The notes under the pieces were generated by a model that saw only the letters and a list, made by a program, of their open reading frames with translations, was not told the origin of the DNA and made no database searches. The position numbers and the translations under genes were made by a program. 64,000 nt of DNA from Eledone cirrhosa (Eukaryota), in contig OZ024740.1 of the NCBI GenBank assembly GCA_964016885.1, positions 288,114,001 to 288,178,000 on the forward strand, read 5' to 3'. The stretch's first letter is position 1. Each line of letters opens with the position of its first letter. Positions 1-11,411 of this stretch are shown here, in pieces.

Positions 1-434
1 AGTGCACCATTCGTATAAAAAGTTCCCCGCTCTTGCTCTCGACAACAGGTTGGATGCAGTCCATAAGCGTGCCACGAATCTTTTCAATGTTTTATATGTA
101 AGATATGATGTGATATACATGTGGGGCATGGGCAAAATTAATTTCAAAAAATCAAAAGTGAGCAATTTCAAAAAAAGAAGTTGCTGATTCCAGCTCCAGA
201 TTAAGCGAGGCAACACTTTAGTCTATTTACTAGGCAATAATCTGTGCTATATGATATGTCATATTGTGGACCAGAGGTGGAGAACCTTTTTGGTACTAGT
301 CGAATTGCAACTGCACAAGTATATATGGAGGCCTATCTGTGGTTATCAGTAGAGTAATGGTCTAGATTAGATAATAGCATAGAGTTAAGCCTAGAGTACT
401 GACTTGACCATTGTTTTAACTATTGCCAATAGAG

Positions 435-1196
435 CAGTCATTCCCAAAGTATGTTCCGTGAAAAGAATTCGAAGATTCCGCGAGGTAATGTATGTTTTTT
501 AAATAAATTTTAATTAAAAAATTCCTATATGTTTACATTTTTAGGAAATGTAAATTTTTAGGAAATGTAGAAAATCTAGAACGCAAAAAATTAACTGTAA
601 CTACAGACGATTGCTATAAATAATAGCTTTAAAAATATTTATAATAATCGACTGTAGTTACAGTTATTTTCTGCGTTCGAAATTTTCTACATTTCTTAAG
701 AATTTCAACTAACTCGACGCTCCAGTAGTTTGTTTACAAATGTCGTTACTATATGTTTATTTTTTTAATATGAATAAATTCTCTCAAATACAATTTCTGT
801 TACATTTAATGTCCTATAACGTCAGATTAAATTCCTCGGTATTTGTTCTAACTCTGTGTCCTGACTTCAAATTTGCTTTTCGAGATTGATAAATAAAGTA
901 TCAGCCCAGAAGCGATGGATTGGTAGAATTGTTAAAGAGTCAGACAGAGATATTTGTTTTATTCGATTTGGCTCTCTGCGTCTGAGTTCAAACCATGCCT
1001 CTATCTGCTAGGAATTGCGACCGACAGATAGTATTAGCAATGGAAAGACTAGTGGAAACATAATTTACTTGGTTCAATCTGACGATCGGTTTCGTTCCTT
1101 TCCCCATTTTTCTTAATATCATATAAAATTTGTATGGTAGGGATTTTCCGTAAAATCCGTTCTGCGATTCTTGGAAAATAAGTTTTGGTACCACTG
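435..1196. mobile_element. Degenerate hAT/Charlie-like MITE relic with internal inverted repeat
   Basis: Left end CAGTCATTCCCAAAGT and right end (reverse complement) CAGTGGTACCAAAACT resemble CAGTGGTTCCCAAA-type TIRs. An imperfect internal inverted repeat lies at ~553-622/635-705. No clean 8-bp TSD. Confidence 0.3.
911..992 (+). mobile_element. Degenerate 5' part of tRNA-derived SINE
   Basis: GGATTGGTAGAATTGTT...CTGAGTTCAAACC matches the head (A/B boxes) of the SINE seen in many copies at 38-41 kb. Confidence 0.5.
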
Positions 1197-1498
1197 GCTT
1201 AAGTTTTAGTCTAGAGTACTAGCTAGAGTATTGTATCAAACTAATACATATAAGTGTGACTAGAGATAGATCTATTTGAGTAGAATAGAGCAAATATTGG
1301 TGATTACTACTTGAAGTTGGAAAGGAAGAGAAAAATGGGGAGTAATGACATCAACATAGCAGCGTATATGTTTGGAGAAGTATAGTTAGGGGAGCTAATA
1401 TCTTTAATTACCAGTTGATCACGAACCGGGGCGAGGTGCAGTTTTTATGTTTAGTTTTACTGGTTTTGGACATCGGACATTGGACACCTGACATGCGG

Positions 1499-1570
<72 letters not shown>

Positions 1571-1649
1571 GTATATATATGTATATATACATTATTAAAT
1601 TCGCTACTACACTTTCGATATCTTTAGCAAACCATTACTATATACATAC

Positions 1650-2247
1650 ATGGTGGCTGCCAACTCGTTTCGAGTACGGCCACTACTTTATATCCCTGTA
1701 GGAGAACCCCTACCGGTGCGCTGAACGAGTGTGACTTTTTAGTCCAGCCAGCGACTTGAAAACTCTGGTACAAACACTACACTTGTGACAATTATTGACA
1801 CATAGTGCTGGGCCCATGGTACCATGTGATGACAAGCGCAGAGAAATCTCCAGATATAAAGCAATGCCTGTGCCGTGAAGCTTTTATAGTGAGCAAAGGC
1901 ACTGCACAAAGCCAGTCCCACTCTCTTAACCAAGATGATATTTACCAAAAAGAAGAGCAAGTCAACATCATTGGATACCATCAGGGTTGCAGGTGTTATA
2001 TCAGAGTTTTCCTTCTGCCTTGACAAAGGCTAAGGGGTCATCTCTCCCGGTGATTTTGGGTGACCATTGACTCTTAAGAGCTCCTTTGCCCTTTGACAGG
2101 TTTTGTTTTTAGTCCTGCAGGATGTCCAAAGTCACCCTCCTCACCAAGAAACCTTGGTGGGGTTTCCAGTTTAGTCGCCAATGACCAGACCATGAGACAG
2201 GTTGTACTGGGATACATGTTACCAGTAGCACCAACTGGTGACCTGAC
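1650..2247 (-). mobile_element. Non-autonomous RTE-derived (bipartite) element, copy A
   Basis: Near-identical to copies at 7306, 16438, 17007 and 23162. Flanked by (TACA)n. Carries an AGAAGGAAAACTCTGA RTE-5'UTR-like motif and a 3' C2H2-like coding remnant. Confidence 0.8.
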
Positions 2248-2343
2248 TATATACATACATACATATACATACATATATACATACATACATAGATATATAT
2301 ACATACATACATACATACATACATCCATACATACATACATATA

Positions 2344-2814
2344 TAACATCGAAGATATCACCCATGTCATCAGCAGCTGTCCAAAGATGTCATCGCGGTA
2401 CTATATACATATGAGGCATGATGTAGTGGCCAAAACACTGTACAATACAGTTCGTAAAAAAGATAGCCCCGATAATAAACACATTAAAAGCTACAGAAAT
2501 GTGCAAGACATCCATGTACATAATATGAAAGAGCACTGGTGGAATGTTCCAGTAAAAACCCCAATAAAATGCAGGCATAACAGACCAGATATTATGATAT
2601 GGGACAGGGAAAAGAAGGCATGCACAGTAGTGGAAATTAGCTGCCCAGCAGATGCCAATATAATATCAAAGATTAGTGAAAAGGAGAATATTTATGCAGA
2701 ACTGATGAGAAATCTGCAGATACTCCACCCTGATTACACCTTCAGATTTATGCCTGTGATTATTGGCGCACTGGGATATGTTAGTAACTGCCTCAATACA
2801 AATCTTGAGAAGCT
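2344..2814 (+). mobile_element. Fragment of R4-like non-LTR retrotransposon (zinc knuckle end + RLE domain)
   Basis: Translates to EDITHVISSCPKM...RHDVVAK...HNRPDIMIWD...VVEISCP...KENIYAEL. Same family as 9312-11055. Bounded by (TACA)n and (TA)n. Confidence 0.85.
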
Positions 2815-2815
2815 G

Positions 2816-2857
<42 letters not shown>

Positions 2858-2870
2858 CATACATACACAC

Positions 2871-2938
<68 letters not shown>

Positions 2939-3097
2939 TATTGGTTTCAGATTAAGTGATCGTAGTATTCCACAAGGGAGGAAGAAGTAAATATTTATAA
3001 TAGAGTAAATGAAGTGTATTCATTTCCTTACATCATAACTACGATGTTTCTCTGAAGAGGCTTAGCAAAGGCTCGCTTTGATGAAACACCGTAGAAG

Positions 3098-3261
3098 TGC
3101 CGGATTTAGGACAAATGAGGCCCTATGCTAGTTAATTTATGAGGCCTCTTATTTGGGCCCTGAAGGAGGCAAACAATTTTTTGGGCAGGAAGATCAGCTC
3201 CCGCTGGCCAACGGGGCCCTGTGTTTAAGCACATCTAGGCACAATGGTAAATCGACCTCTG
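3098..3261. mobile_element. Small MITE-like element (GGGCCGGATTTA-type TIRs)
   Basis: Left AGTGCCGGATTTAG and right TAAATCGACCTCTG are imperfect inverted ends. Internal GGGCCC motifs. Confidence 0.4.
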
Positions 3262-3356
3262 CACCGTAACTATGTTGTGTATGTATTTGTGTGTGTGTGT
3301 GTGTATAGTCTTCGTGTGATTCAGCCAACAAATAAACATCTTTCTTTTATATTATA

Positions 3357-4462
3357 CTAGCTGAGCTACTCGATGATTCCCGGGTATTTTAATAAAGTTA
3401 CAACATTTGACCATTGAAATATGATTGCTGAATTTTAACTAAAGTAGGAATTATAGCAGAATATTTATTGCCGTTTGTTTAAAGCAAATCATGTAGATAA
3501 AAATATTATTAGTTTTAGTAAATACTGCTCTCTATTACAGTCAGCATATATAATGCTTCGCACTTGGAAGAATCATTAGGTATGTTGCCAGTGAAAAAAA
3601 TAATAATAGATTTTATTTATCCTTTTTTTTTGGGCACAATTATAACATCTGAAATTCAAACAAAATGTGAAGGCTATTTTAAAAAGCATAAATAAGATAA
3701 AATAAAAAATAAATTTACCATTGGTTTATGAATGAATGAAGAATTTACTTACTCATTTCAGTAATTCAGGAAAGTTTATTTAAATGTGTATAAGCGTGGT
3801 AAATATATACACCAGGAACCAAACTCCCACTGTCACTGCCTCCATCTCTCCCGATCTCCCCATCACTTGCTATTATGAGCAAATGGGGGGCCACGCGCTG
3901 GCCACCCAGCAGCCTCGGTGGTCGGAATAGAGGATATTGAGGGAGACGCGCTGGAAAATCCATCACGGCTTGCGAGGCTCACCCCTGCGGGTAGCCAACT
4001 CTGTGCCGATGATGGTGAGTTGGGAGGTAGCTCTGGAGCCAAGGACACCAGAAGTCTCCATTGCTATGGGCTCAACAACAAACCTGTCAGAGAGCGACCG
4101 ATATTTGGAGAGTTTATGCTCCTTGGCTCAAAGTGCGGCAGAGCCAGGGTTAATTAACATTTTTACAATGTAGCTTTCACCAACTTTTACCTCTGTGGCA
4201 GTAGGATCTTGTTTGAGGGAGATTTGTTTTCTATTTCTTTTAGGTACACCAACAGTTATAGTGGCTTTCATGACATACACACACACATGCATGTGTGTGT
4301 GATTTTGTGTATAAGACTGTTCGCTGTGATTTGAAATGAATTTTGCTAATATTTCTAATAGATCGAAGTGTCACATACAACCTTTCCTTTTTGCTTCATA
4401 TATATAAACATACATGAGACAGTAGACTGGGATATATATGTCTCTAACTTAATTACAGTGAT

Positions 4463-4559
<97 letters not shown>

Positions 4560-5041
4560 CACATACACACACTGTCTCATTACGACTTTTGTGAAAGTGA
4601 GAGAGAAAGAGAAGTAATGCTACGAAAGGGGTTAGTTAAGAAGCGTTTAAGAAAGAAAGAAATGAAAGTTAGTTATCGAACTATGCTATCATTTTTCTGT
4701 CTTCTTTCTCTCCCTCCCTCTCTTTCTTTGGCTCACTCTCTAATTCCCCCTCTCTCTCTCTTATCTCCTCTCTCTTTCTCTACAGAATGAAGAACAAAAA
4801 ACAAATAGGTTTTTACCTCGATTTGGAAGAGTGAGTAGTGGATAGAGAAAGGGGAGTAGTTGGAGGGAGGGTTTAATATCCGCAGGGATTCCATTATTCC
4901 ATTTTTATTGAAATCAAATTAGCCAGTCCTGTTCCTGAATATTAGCTTAATATGTGTGTAAAGTTTCATTAGAATCGGATCAATGGTTTAGACGCCAACT
5001 GGTAATACACAGAGAGACAGAAATTGCCCTTTATATAGTAG

Positions 5042-5042
<1 letters not shown>
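3357..5042 (-). mobile_element. Non-autonomous Helitron-like element with nested inserts
   Basis: On the minus strand it starts A|TCTACTATATAAAG and ends TACCCGGGAATCATCGAGTAGCTCAGCTAG|T, i.e. TC...CTAG termini, A/T target and an imperfect subterminal hairpin. Contains a CRE fragment and (CA)n. Confidence 0.55.
3770..4160 (-). mobile_element. 3' fragment of CRE-clade retrotransposon
   Basis: Clear nucleotide similarity to the RLE-coding 3' part of the CRE element at 31.9-32.2 kb (e.g. AACCTGTC-GAGAGCGACCG, GGACACCAGAAGT). AATAAA near the 3' end. Confidence 0.7.
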
Positions 5043-5119
<77 letters not shown>

Positions 5120-5417
5120 TAACAGATTAAAGTTTAAGCAAAGAATCGCTGCTTTCACCCTTAACGGGATCTTCTGAAACTAACAAAGTCAATCTGTGAA
5201 CGCAGAAGTGAATATTTCAAAAGACGCTGCAACCGGAGGAAGACAGGAAGACGATACTTTGGTTCGTGGAAACGTTCCCTGGCAAAGAACGGGAAAAAAC
5301 GAATATAATACGTCATTATTTGGGGCGGTGAAAAACAATTACACGCAAAGACAAAACCACTCTTTGGATTTTAGTCTTCAAATTTATTATTATTACTATA
5401 TATATATATATATATAG

Positions 5418-5508
<91 letters not shown>

Positions 5509-5646
5509 TAGAAAGTGAGGTTTTTTTTACAAAATGAAAAATAACCGAGGTGTCCTACACGAGTGAAAGTATAAAGAAAAAGAGATGAAATCGAAAATGC
5601 AACTGGAGTCTTATTTAAAAAAAAATATATATATATTTATTTGGTT

Positions 5647-5684
5647 CCTTTACCGGTTTCGCAGTTCTTCTGCTTTTCAAAAGG
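5647..5684 (-). ncRNA. Minimal type I hammerhead ribozyme (U3-A8 variant)
   Basis: Minus strand reads cctt-UUGAAAA-gcag aagaa ctgc-GAAA-ccgg-UA-aagg: stem I, stem II, palindromic stem III (ACCGGT), GUA cleavage triplet. Confidence 0.7.
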
Positions 5685-5754
5685 TGAGTTGAGATGGAGG
5701 GTCTGTGGTTTTTCTCACATCTGAGAAAAACCACAGACCCTCCATCTCAACTCA

Positions 5755-5792
5755 CCTTCTGAAAAGCAGAAGAACTGCGAAACCGGTAAAGG
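5755..5792 (+). ncRNA. Minimal type I hammerhead ribozyme (C3-A8 mismatch copy)
   Basis: cctt-CUGAAAA-gcag aagaa ctgc-GAAA-ccgg-UA-aagg. Mirror of 5647-5684, differing at core position 3. Confidence 0.55.
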
Positions 5793-5859
5793 AACCAAAT
5801 AAATATATATATTTAAAAAAAAAATAAGATTCCAGTTGCATTTTCGATTTCATCTCTTT

Positions 5860-5905
<46 letters not shown>

Positions 5906-5907
<2 letters not shown>

Positions 5908-6378
5908 GCATAGTATATTTGCCAATATACCGTATGTTTAATTAAAAACATTTTGAAGACCTTACGCTATCGTTTTTAAAGTGGTGACTCTGTCACTTAC
6001 TTCTTTTTGGCGAAATATACTATTCATACATTCATGTATACATCGCTATTTCAGAGCACCAATCCTAATACTTAATTTTTTCTGGACCAGCAATCGCTCT
6101 GTATAATCAGCTCCTGATTGTTACTGGAATTCTATAAGAATCCAGCTTCTATAATTTTCGGCGGAAGAGAGCAGTACGTAGCTCTGATGATTGTCAACAG
6201 CATGAAACAGACTGTTAGCTTCTCTGCCTTCTTTCGCCGAAAAGAAGTAAGTGACATAGTCACTACTTTAAAAATGATAGCGTAAGGTGTTCAAAATATT
6301 TTTAATTAAACATACGGTATATTGCCAAATATACTATGCATACAATCATGTATACATCGCTATTTCAGAGCACCAATC

Positions 6379-6384
<6 letters not shown>
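5906..6384 (+). mobile_element. Penelope-like pLTR remnant (inverted + direct repeat) in (TA)n
   Basis: Inverted arms ~5906-6015/6232-6341, direct repeat ~6013-6070/6327-6384, and a hammerhead-like core at 6180-6220. Confidence 0.65.
6180..6220 (+). ncRNA. Hammerhead ribozyme candidate
   Basis: agct-CUGAUGA-(weak stem II ttgtcaacagcat)-GAAA-cag a ctg-UU-agct. Confidence 0.5.
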
Positions 6385-6443
<59 letters not shown>

Positions 6444-6445
<2 letters not shown>

Positions 6446-6652
6446 ATCAAACAAAGTTATTAGTCGCTAATGTACTGAAAATCTCAATAAATAACTAAAG
6501 CTACCACATAGAGAATTATATACTGCAGTTATACAAAGTATAACTTTGAAAAGTTACTCTATATTTCTATATAATTCTCTAACTTCTATTTTTAGCTATT
6601 ATTTATTGAGATTTTCCGTGACATCAGTGACAAATAACTTTTTGTTTGATAT
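6444..6652. repeat. Imperfect inverted repeat adjoining (TA)n
   Basis: ATATCAAACAAAGTTATT...GAAAATCTCAATAAATAA versus TTATTTATTGAGATTTTC...AATAACTTTTTGTTTGATAT. The internal GTATAACTTTG..AAAAGTTACTCTATATTT recurs at ~7128-7158. Confidence 0.6.
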
Positions 6653-6774
6653 TTGCTACTCCTTTATTGTTCAGTTGATTGACTTTAAATGTAGCAGCTA
6701 TGTTTAACGGTATTTATACTCGACTGTGTCCTGTGTACAAATATTCACTTGCTTACTTGATCTACGCTCGCATG

Positions 6775-7000
6775 AAACTCTACTCAGACTCAGACTCAGA
6801 AGCTCCCACGTCTTGCGACGCATGAGGCAATCATAGTGTTCCATCGCGTTCGGTCAGCAGCCAGATGCACAGCGTCCCGCCATTGTCTGTTTGTCGCTCG
6901 CAGGTCCCTCTCAACTGTCTGGCGCCAGTTCATATTGGGTCGCCCTCTCCGTCTGCTTCCCTGCGGGCTCCAACCATGTGATAACTGCAATGGACCGTTC
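6775..7000 (-). mobile_element. 3' end of RTE/RTE-X LINE
   Basis: WSPQGSRRRGRPNMNWRQTVERDL...AADRTRW is a typical RTE-X C-terminus, followed by a (TCTGAG)n short-repeat tail. Confidence 0.75.
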
Positions 7001-7182
7001 TTCCACCCACTAACAGGTGAATGTTTAGTTATACTTTCAAAGAAGCCATCTGAAGAGTCTGGCGCTCTTGAATATATGCTATTGTATATTATGGAATCGC
7101 CAATAGTTTGTTATCAGACGAAAGTGCAGTATAACTTTGTAAAAGTTACTCTATATTTTGCCCCCCCCCCCTCTCTATATAT

Positions 7183-7213
<31 letters not shown>

Positions 7214-7305
7214 CATGCACACACACACACACAAACACACACGCACACACACACACATATGTATGTATGTGTGTATGTATATATATATGTATGTATATAT
7301 ATATG

Positions 7306-7914
7306 CCAGGTCACCAGTTGGTGCTACTGATAACATGTATCCCAGTACAACCTGTCCCACGGTCGGGTCGTTAGCGACTAAACTGGCAACCCCACCAAGG
7401 TGTCTTGGTGAGGAGGGTGACTTTGGACATCCTGCAGGACTAAAAACCAAACCTGTCAAAGGGCAAAGGAGCTCTTAAGAGTCAATGGCCATCCAAAATC
7501 ACCGGGAGAGATGACCCCTTAGCCTTTGTCAAGGCAGAATTCTAGGAGAAGGAAAACTCTGATATAACACCTGCAACCCTGATAATATCCAATGATGTTG
7601 ACTTGTTCTTGTTTTTGGTAAATATCATCTTGGTTAAGAGAGTGGGACTGGCTTTGTGCAGTGCCTTTGCTCACTATAAAAGCTTCACGACACAGGCATT
7701 GCTTTATATCAAGAGATCTCTCTGGACTTGTTGTCACATGGTACCATGGGCCCAGCACTATGTGTCAATAATTGTCACAAGTGTAGTGTTTGTACCAGAG
7801 TTTTCAAGTCGCTGGCTGGACTAAAAAGTTACACTTGTTCAGCGCATTGGTAGGGGTTCTCCTACATGGATATAGAGTAGTGGCCGTACTCGAAAACGAG
7901 TTGGCAGCCACCAT
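7306..7914 (+). mobile_element. Non-autonomous RTE-derived (bipartite) element, copy B (full length)
   Basis: Starts CAGGTCACCAGTTGG and ends GGCCGTACTCGAAAACGAGTTGGCAGCCACCAT. Lies in a TA/TATG microsatellite. Confidence 0.8.
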
Positions 7915-7935
7915 ATATATATATATATATATATA

Positions 7936-8233
7936 AACTGCTTGAGCGAGCAAAAGAGTACAAGATGCCTCTTTGTGTGGTGTTCGTAGACTACGAGAAG
8001 GCTTTCGACAGCGTCGAAATCAACGCAGTGCTGAACTCGCTGCAGAGGCAAGGAGTCGAGGCGCAATACGTTCAACTGCTCAGGGAGGCGAGTTCCGGAT
8101 GCACCACCGACATAACTCTGCTGTCATCACCCGTACGAGTGCCGAAAGCACGATCCAGAGAGGAATGGACGGTGTGCTGTGACCAGCGGGACCGAATGGA
8201 CGCCTGACAGACTGGTTGGTCAAGGTGATCAAG

Positions 8234-8238
<5 letters not shown>
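7936..8238 (+). mobile_element. Internally deleted RTE LINE fragment
   Basis: RT motif MPLCVVFVDYEKAFDSV...QGV is joined directly to the C-terminal ARSREEW, then a (CAAGGTGAT)2 tail and (TA)n. Confidence 0.8.
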
Positions 8239-8308
<70 letters not shown>

Positions 8309-8312
<4 letters not shown>

Positions 8313-8478
8313 CCTGCCAATTTCTAAAAACCCAAACGGGGTGTACCATGGAAAAAAGTGTCCAAATGGGGAGCTTTTACATAATAAAAGATGTACCCAT
8401 TTTCACAAAAACGGGGAGACGGGGAGGAATGAGCCAAAAGGGTGCGATCTCCCCGTCGGGCAGGGAGAGTTAACATGT
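8309..8478. mobile_element. MITE-like element (CAGACCTGCCAA-type TIR)
   Basis: Begins CAGACCTGCCAA and ends GGGAGAGTTAACATG. A homologous copy at ~19700-20099 ends GGGAGAGTTGACAGGTCTG. Confidence 0.55.
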
Positions 8479-9045
8479 TTTTATATATATATATGTATGT
8501 ATGTGTGTGTGTGTGTGTGTGTGTGTGCGTACATACGCTTATACACATCTTTTAGATTGACCTATAGAACATGTTGGGGGTGGGTGTCATTATAAATAAT
8601 AGATATGTTAGTTAATAGGGCGCTGTTATAGGAGTAACAGATTATTGTTTGCAATTAGTGGTAAAGAACGAAAGAAAGGCATGTGAAAATGATCAGTCAT
8701 TCTGCAAGGAAAGGTCCCTTCCGTGCCATCAAACTGTAAGGAAGCATATGTCACTATCAAATTACGACCAATGCTTACTCTATAGTTATTTAGTCATACA
8801 CAACACGCTTAACCCCAGTAATGTGCGGGTCACACTTATCTTTACACATTAGGATATATATGGCTGCACAGTCGGGGTTTCTATTCAGCTACAAAAAAAA
8901 TAAATAATAATAATAATAACAATGATTTGTAGACGGCAATGTATTTTTAGTTATGGGTACATTTTAGTAGAACATCCCTCCCCGCCACATATCTTACCCC
9001 ACTGCGTTATAAGCTATTCCAGAACTCTTGGTAGTATATCCAATG

Positions 9046-9076
<31 letters not shown>

Positions 9077-9311
9077 TATAATATATATACATATACACAC
9101 AGACACACACACACATATATATACACACAGACACACACACACATATATATACACACATACACATATACATATGGGGGCGGGCAGGTTTTGGTGTGTTTGG
9201 ATATATACATATGTATAAACGTATATGTATGTATATATGTGTGTATGTTTGGAAAAATACGAGTATGTATGTGTGTACGTACGTATGTATGTATGTACAT
9301 ATGTATGTATG

Positions 9312-11055
9312 TTCTTCTGGTTTTATAATTTCACAAAGTTTTACCAATAGAGAGAGAGAGTCGGTTTCTAACATAGACACAAGACTCTCTCATTGGAATT
9401 TACACAACATCAACTAGGTAGATATGTATGTATGCATGCATGTGTAGATATGGATGTTATTGTATGTGTTGATGTGTATGTTTTGAGTTGTATGTGTGCA
9501 TGTGTATATGCTTTCTATCTGTACATGTGTATATGCAGTTATTAGATGCAACATTTTTGGAATGTTTTACATATTTTTACTGTTCCATTAATGGATTGTA
9601 CTTGTAATTTCCTAACTAGTTGTGTTCTTTCTGTTCCTGTGAAGCCTAGCTTCTCAAGATTTGTATTGAGGCAGTTACTAACATATCCCAGTGTCCCAAT
9701 AATCACAGGCATAAATCTGAAGGTGTAATTAGGGTGGAGTATCTGCAGATTTCTCATCAGTTCTGCATAAATATTCTCCTTTTCACTAATCTTTGATATT
9801 ATATTGGCATCTGCTGGGCAGCTAATTTCCACTACTGTGCATGTTTTCTTCTCCCTGTCCCATATCATAATATCCGGTCTGTTATGCCTGCATTTTATTG
9901 GGGTTTTTACTGGAACATTCCACCAGTACTCTTTCATATTATGTACATGGATGTCTTCCACATTGTTGTAGCTTTTAATGTGTTTATCATCGGGGCTATC
10001 TTTTTTACGAACTGTATTGTACAGTGTTTTGGCCACTACATCATGCCTCATAGGTAGATAGTACCGCGATGACATCTTTAGGCAGCTGCTGATGACATGG
10101 GTGATATCCTCGATGTTAGTTCTGCAGAGTCTGCACTTGTTATCACATCTAGGTGTTTTGCCTGCATCCCTATCTCTTTTGTGAATCAGGTATTTCGTGC
10201 TAATCTCCTGTTCTTGGATTGCAAAAGCATATCCTTCAAAGTGGGAGCCAATATAACGGTTGTTGGTCCAAGATAGACTACTTCCTTATCTATATTACTC
10301 TCACTCTGGAGTTTCCTGGCAACATATCCATGCATGATTTTTTGCTGATAGGCATGCAGTTTTTCATCCATGGATTCACTGCGATACTGCTGAGCGACAT
10401 CCCTGGGTGTGAGTTTTTGATTATCACACAGGGAATATCTCTCAAGGAGTTCCTTCCCAACTCTCATGATCTTATCTGTTTCATGCAGATAGACTTGCTC
10501 GAGGAGCGGGCTCCTACGCTTCGAGGTTCGTAGATGTTGTCGGAGAGATATGATGCGACATTCAAATGTTGTCTGGTCTGATGTTAGGCCTCTGCCTCCC
10601 TGCTTACGTTTCAAGTAAAGGCGGTCTATGTCACTGTTGATGTGGAAGTTTCCGGTGTTGTTCAGTATTTTTCGAGTTCCAACATCAACTGCTCGGATTT
10701 CGTCTATCGTCCAATTGAGTATTCCAAACGTTGGTATTAGGACAGGCACAGCAAACACATTGTGAGCCACTGTTTTGTTTTGCACAGAGAGTTCCGATGA
10801 CCAGATCTTTCTTAATCGGGTGTAGTATTCCTTGGTTACGCGTTCTTTATTACAGATACCATTATAGGATATGTTCTCATCTATCCCCAGGTATCTGTAG
10901 CAGTCCTCATCAGATATCGGTGAAACAGTTAGACCATTGATGACAATGTTGCTAGATTGGGTTGTTGTTTTTCCCCGCTTTACAGTCATGTATGAGCATT
11001 TATCTGGGCCAAACTCCATTCCTATATCTTTTGAGAACGTTGTAACCAGGTCCAG
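9312..11055 (-). mobile_element. 5'-truncated R4-like non-LTR retrotransposon (family 2) in (TACA)n
   Basis: C-terminal RT (FSKDIGMEFGPDKC, YRYLGI, RLYLKRKQGGRGL), then after a frameshift the zinc knuckle (CRLC..THVISSC) and RLE (RHD, NRPD, VEISCP). Stop at 9542, ~230-bp 3' UTR, (TACA)n on both sides. Confidence 0.9.
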
Positions 11056-11119
11056 TATGTATGTATGTATGTATGTATGTATGTATGTATGTATGTATGT
11101 ATGTATGTATGTATGTATG

Positions 11120-11165
<46 letters not shown>

Positions 11166-11167
11166 CT

Positions 11168-11269
11168 AATATTCCCAGTAAATGTTTTGGTTGCCGACTC
11201 TGTGCAAGACATTTTAGATCATTGGCTGGGCTAAAAAGCCACATTCGATCGCAGCACTGTTAGTTGCTA

Positions 11270-11271
<2 letters not shown>
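11168..11271 (+). mobile_element. Short RTE 3' fragment encoding C2H2-like finger
   Basis: FGCRLCARHFRSLAGLKSHIRSQHC* is homologous to the finger remnant in the bipartite element (CSVCTRVFKSLAGLKSHTRSAH). Confidence 0.6.
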
Positions 11272-11309
<38 letters not shown>

Positions 11310-11411
11310 GCTTATGTGCGTGCGTGTGTGTATATATATATATGAATATGTATATTATTATTGTTGTTGTCGTTATTATTATTATTGCTATTATTATTAT
11401 TGTTATTGTTA

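Larger units (their letters stand above)
5505..5863. mobile_element. Penelope-like fold-back insertion in (TA)n
   Basis: Inverted arms ~5575-5717/5722-5863 plus an unpaired ~70-bp tail on the left. Each arm contains a hammerhead motif. Flanked both sides by (TA)n. Confidence 0.75.

Noticed and set aside
1805-2023. Recurrent 72-79 aa ORF MLGPWYHV... open in all five repeat copies
   Set aside because: It is antisense to the element, starts at a non-ATG codon, and its persistence is explained by the high identity of young copies. No evidence of protein-level selection.
5113-5180. Hammerhead-like CAGAAGA-tccc gttaa ggg-t-GAAA on the minus strand; first 40 bp shared with ~23625
   Set aside because: The core is mutated and no stem III/UH or stem I can be formed. 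Possibly a decayed PLE end, but unsupported.
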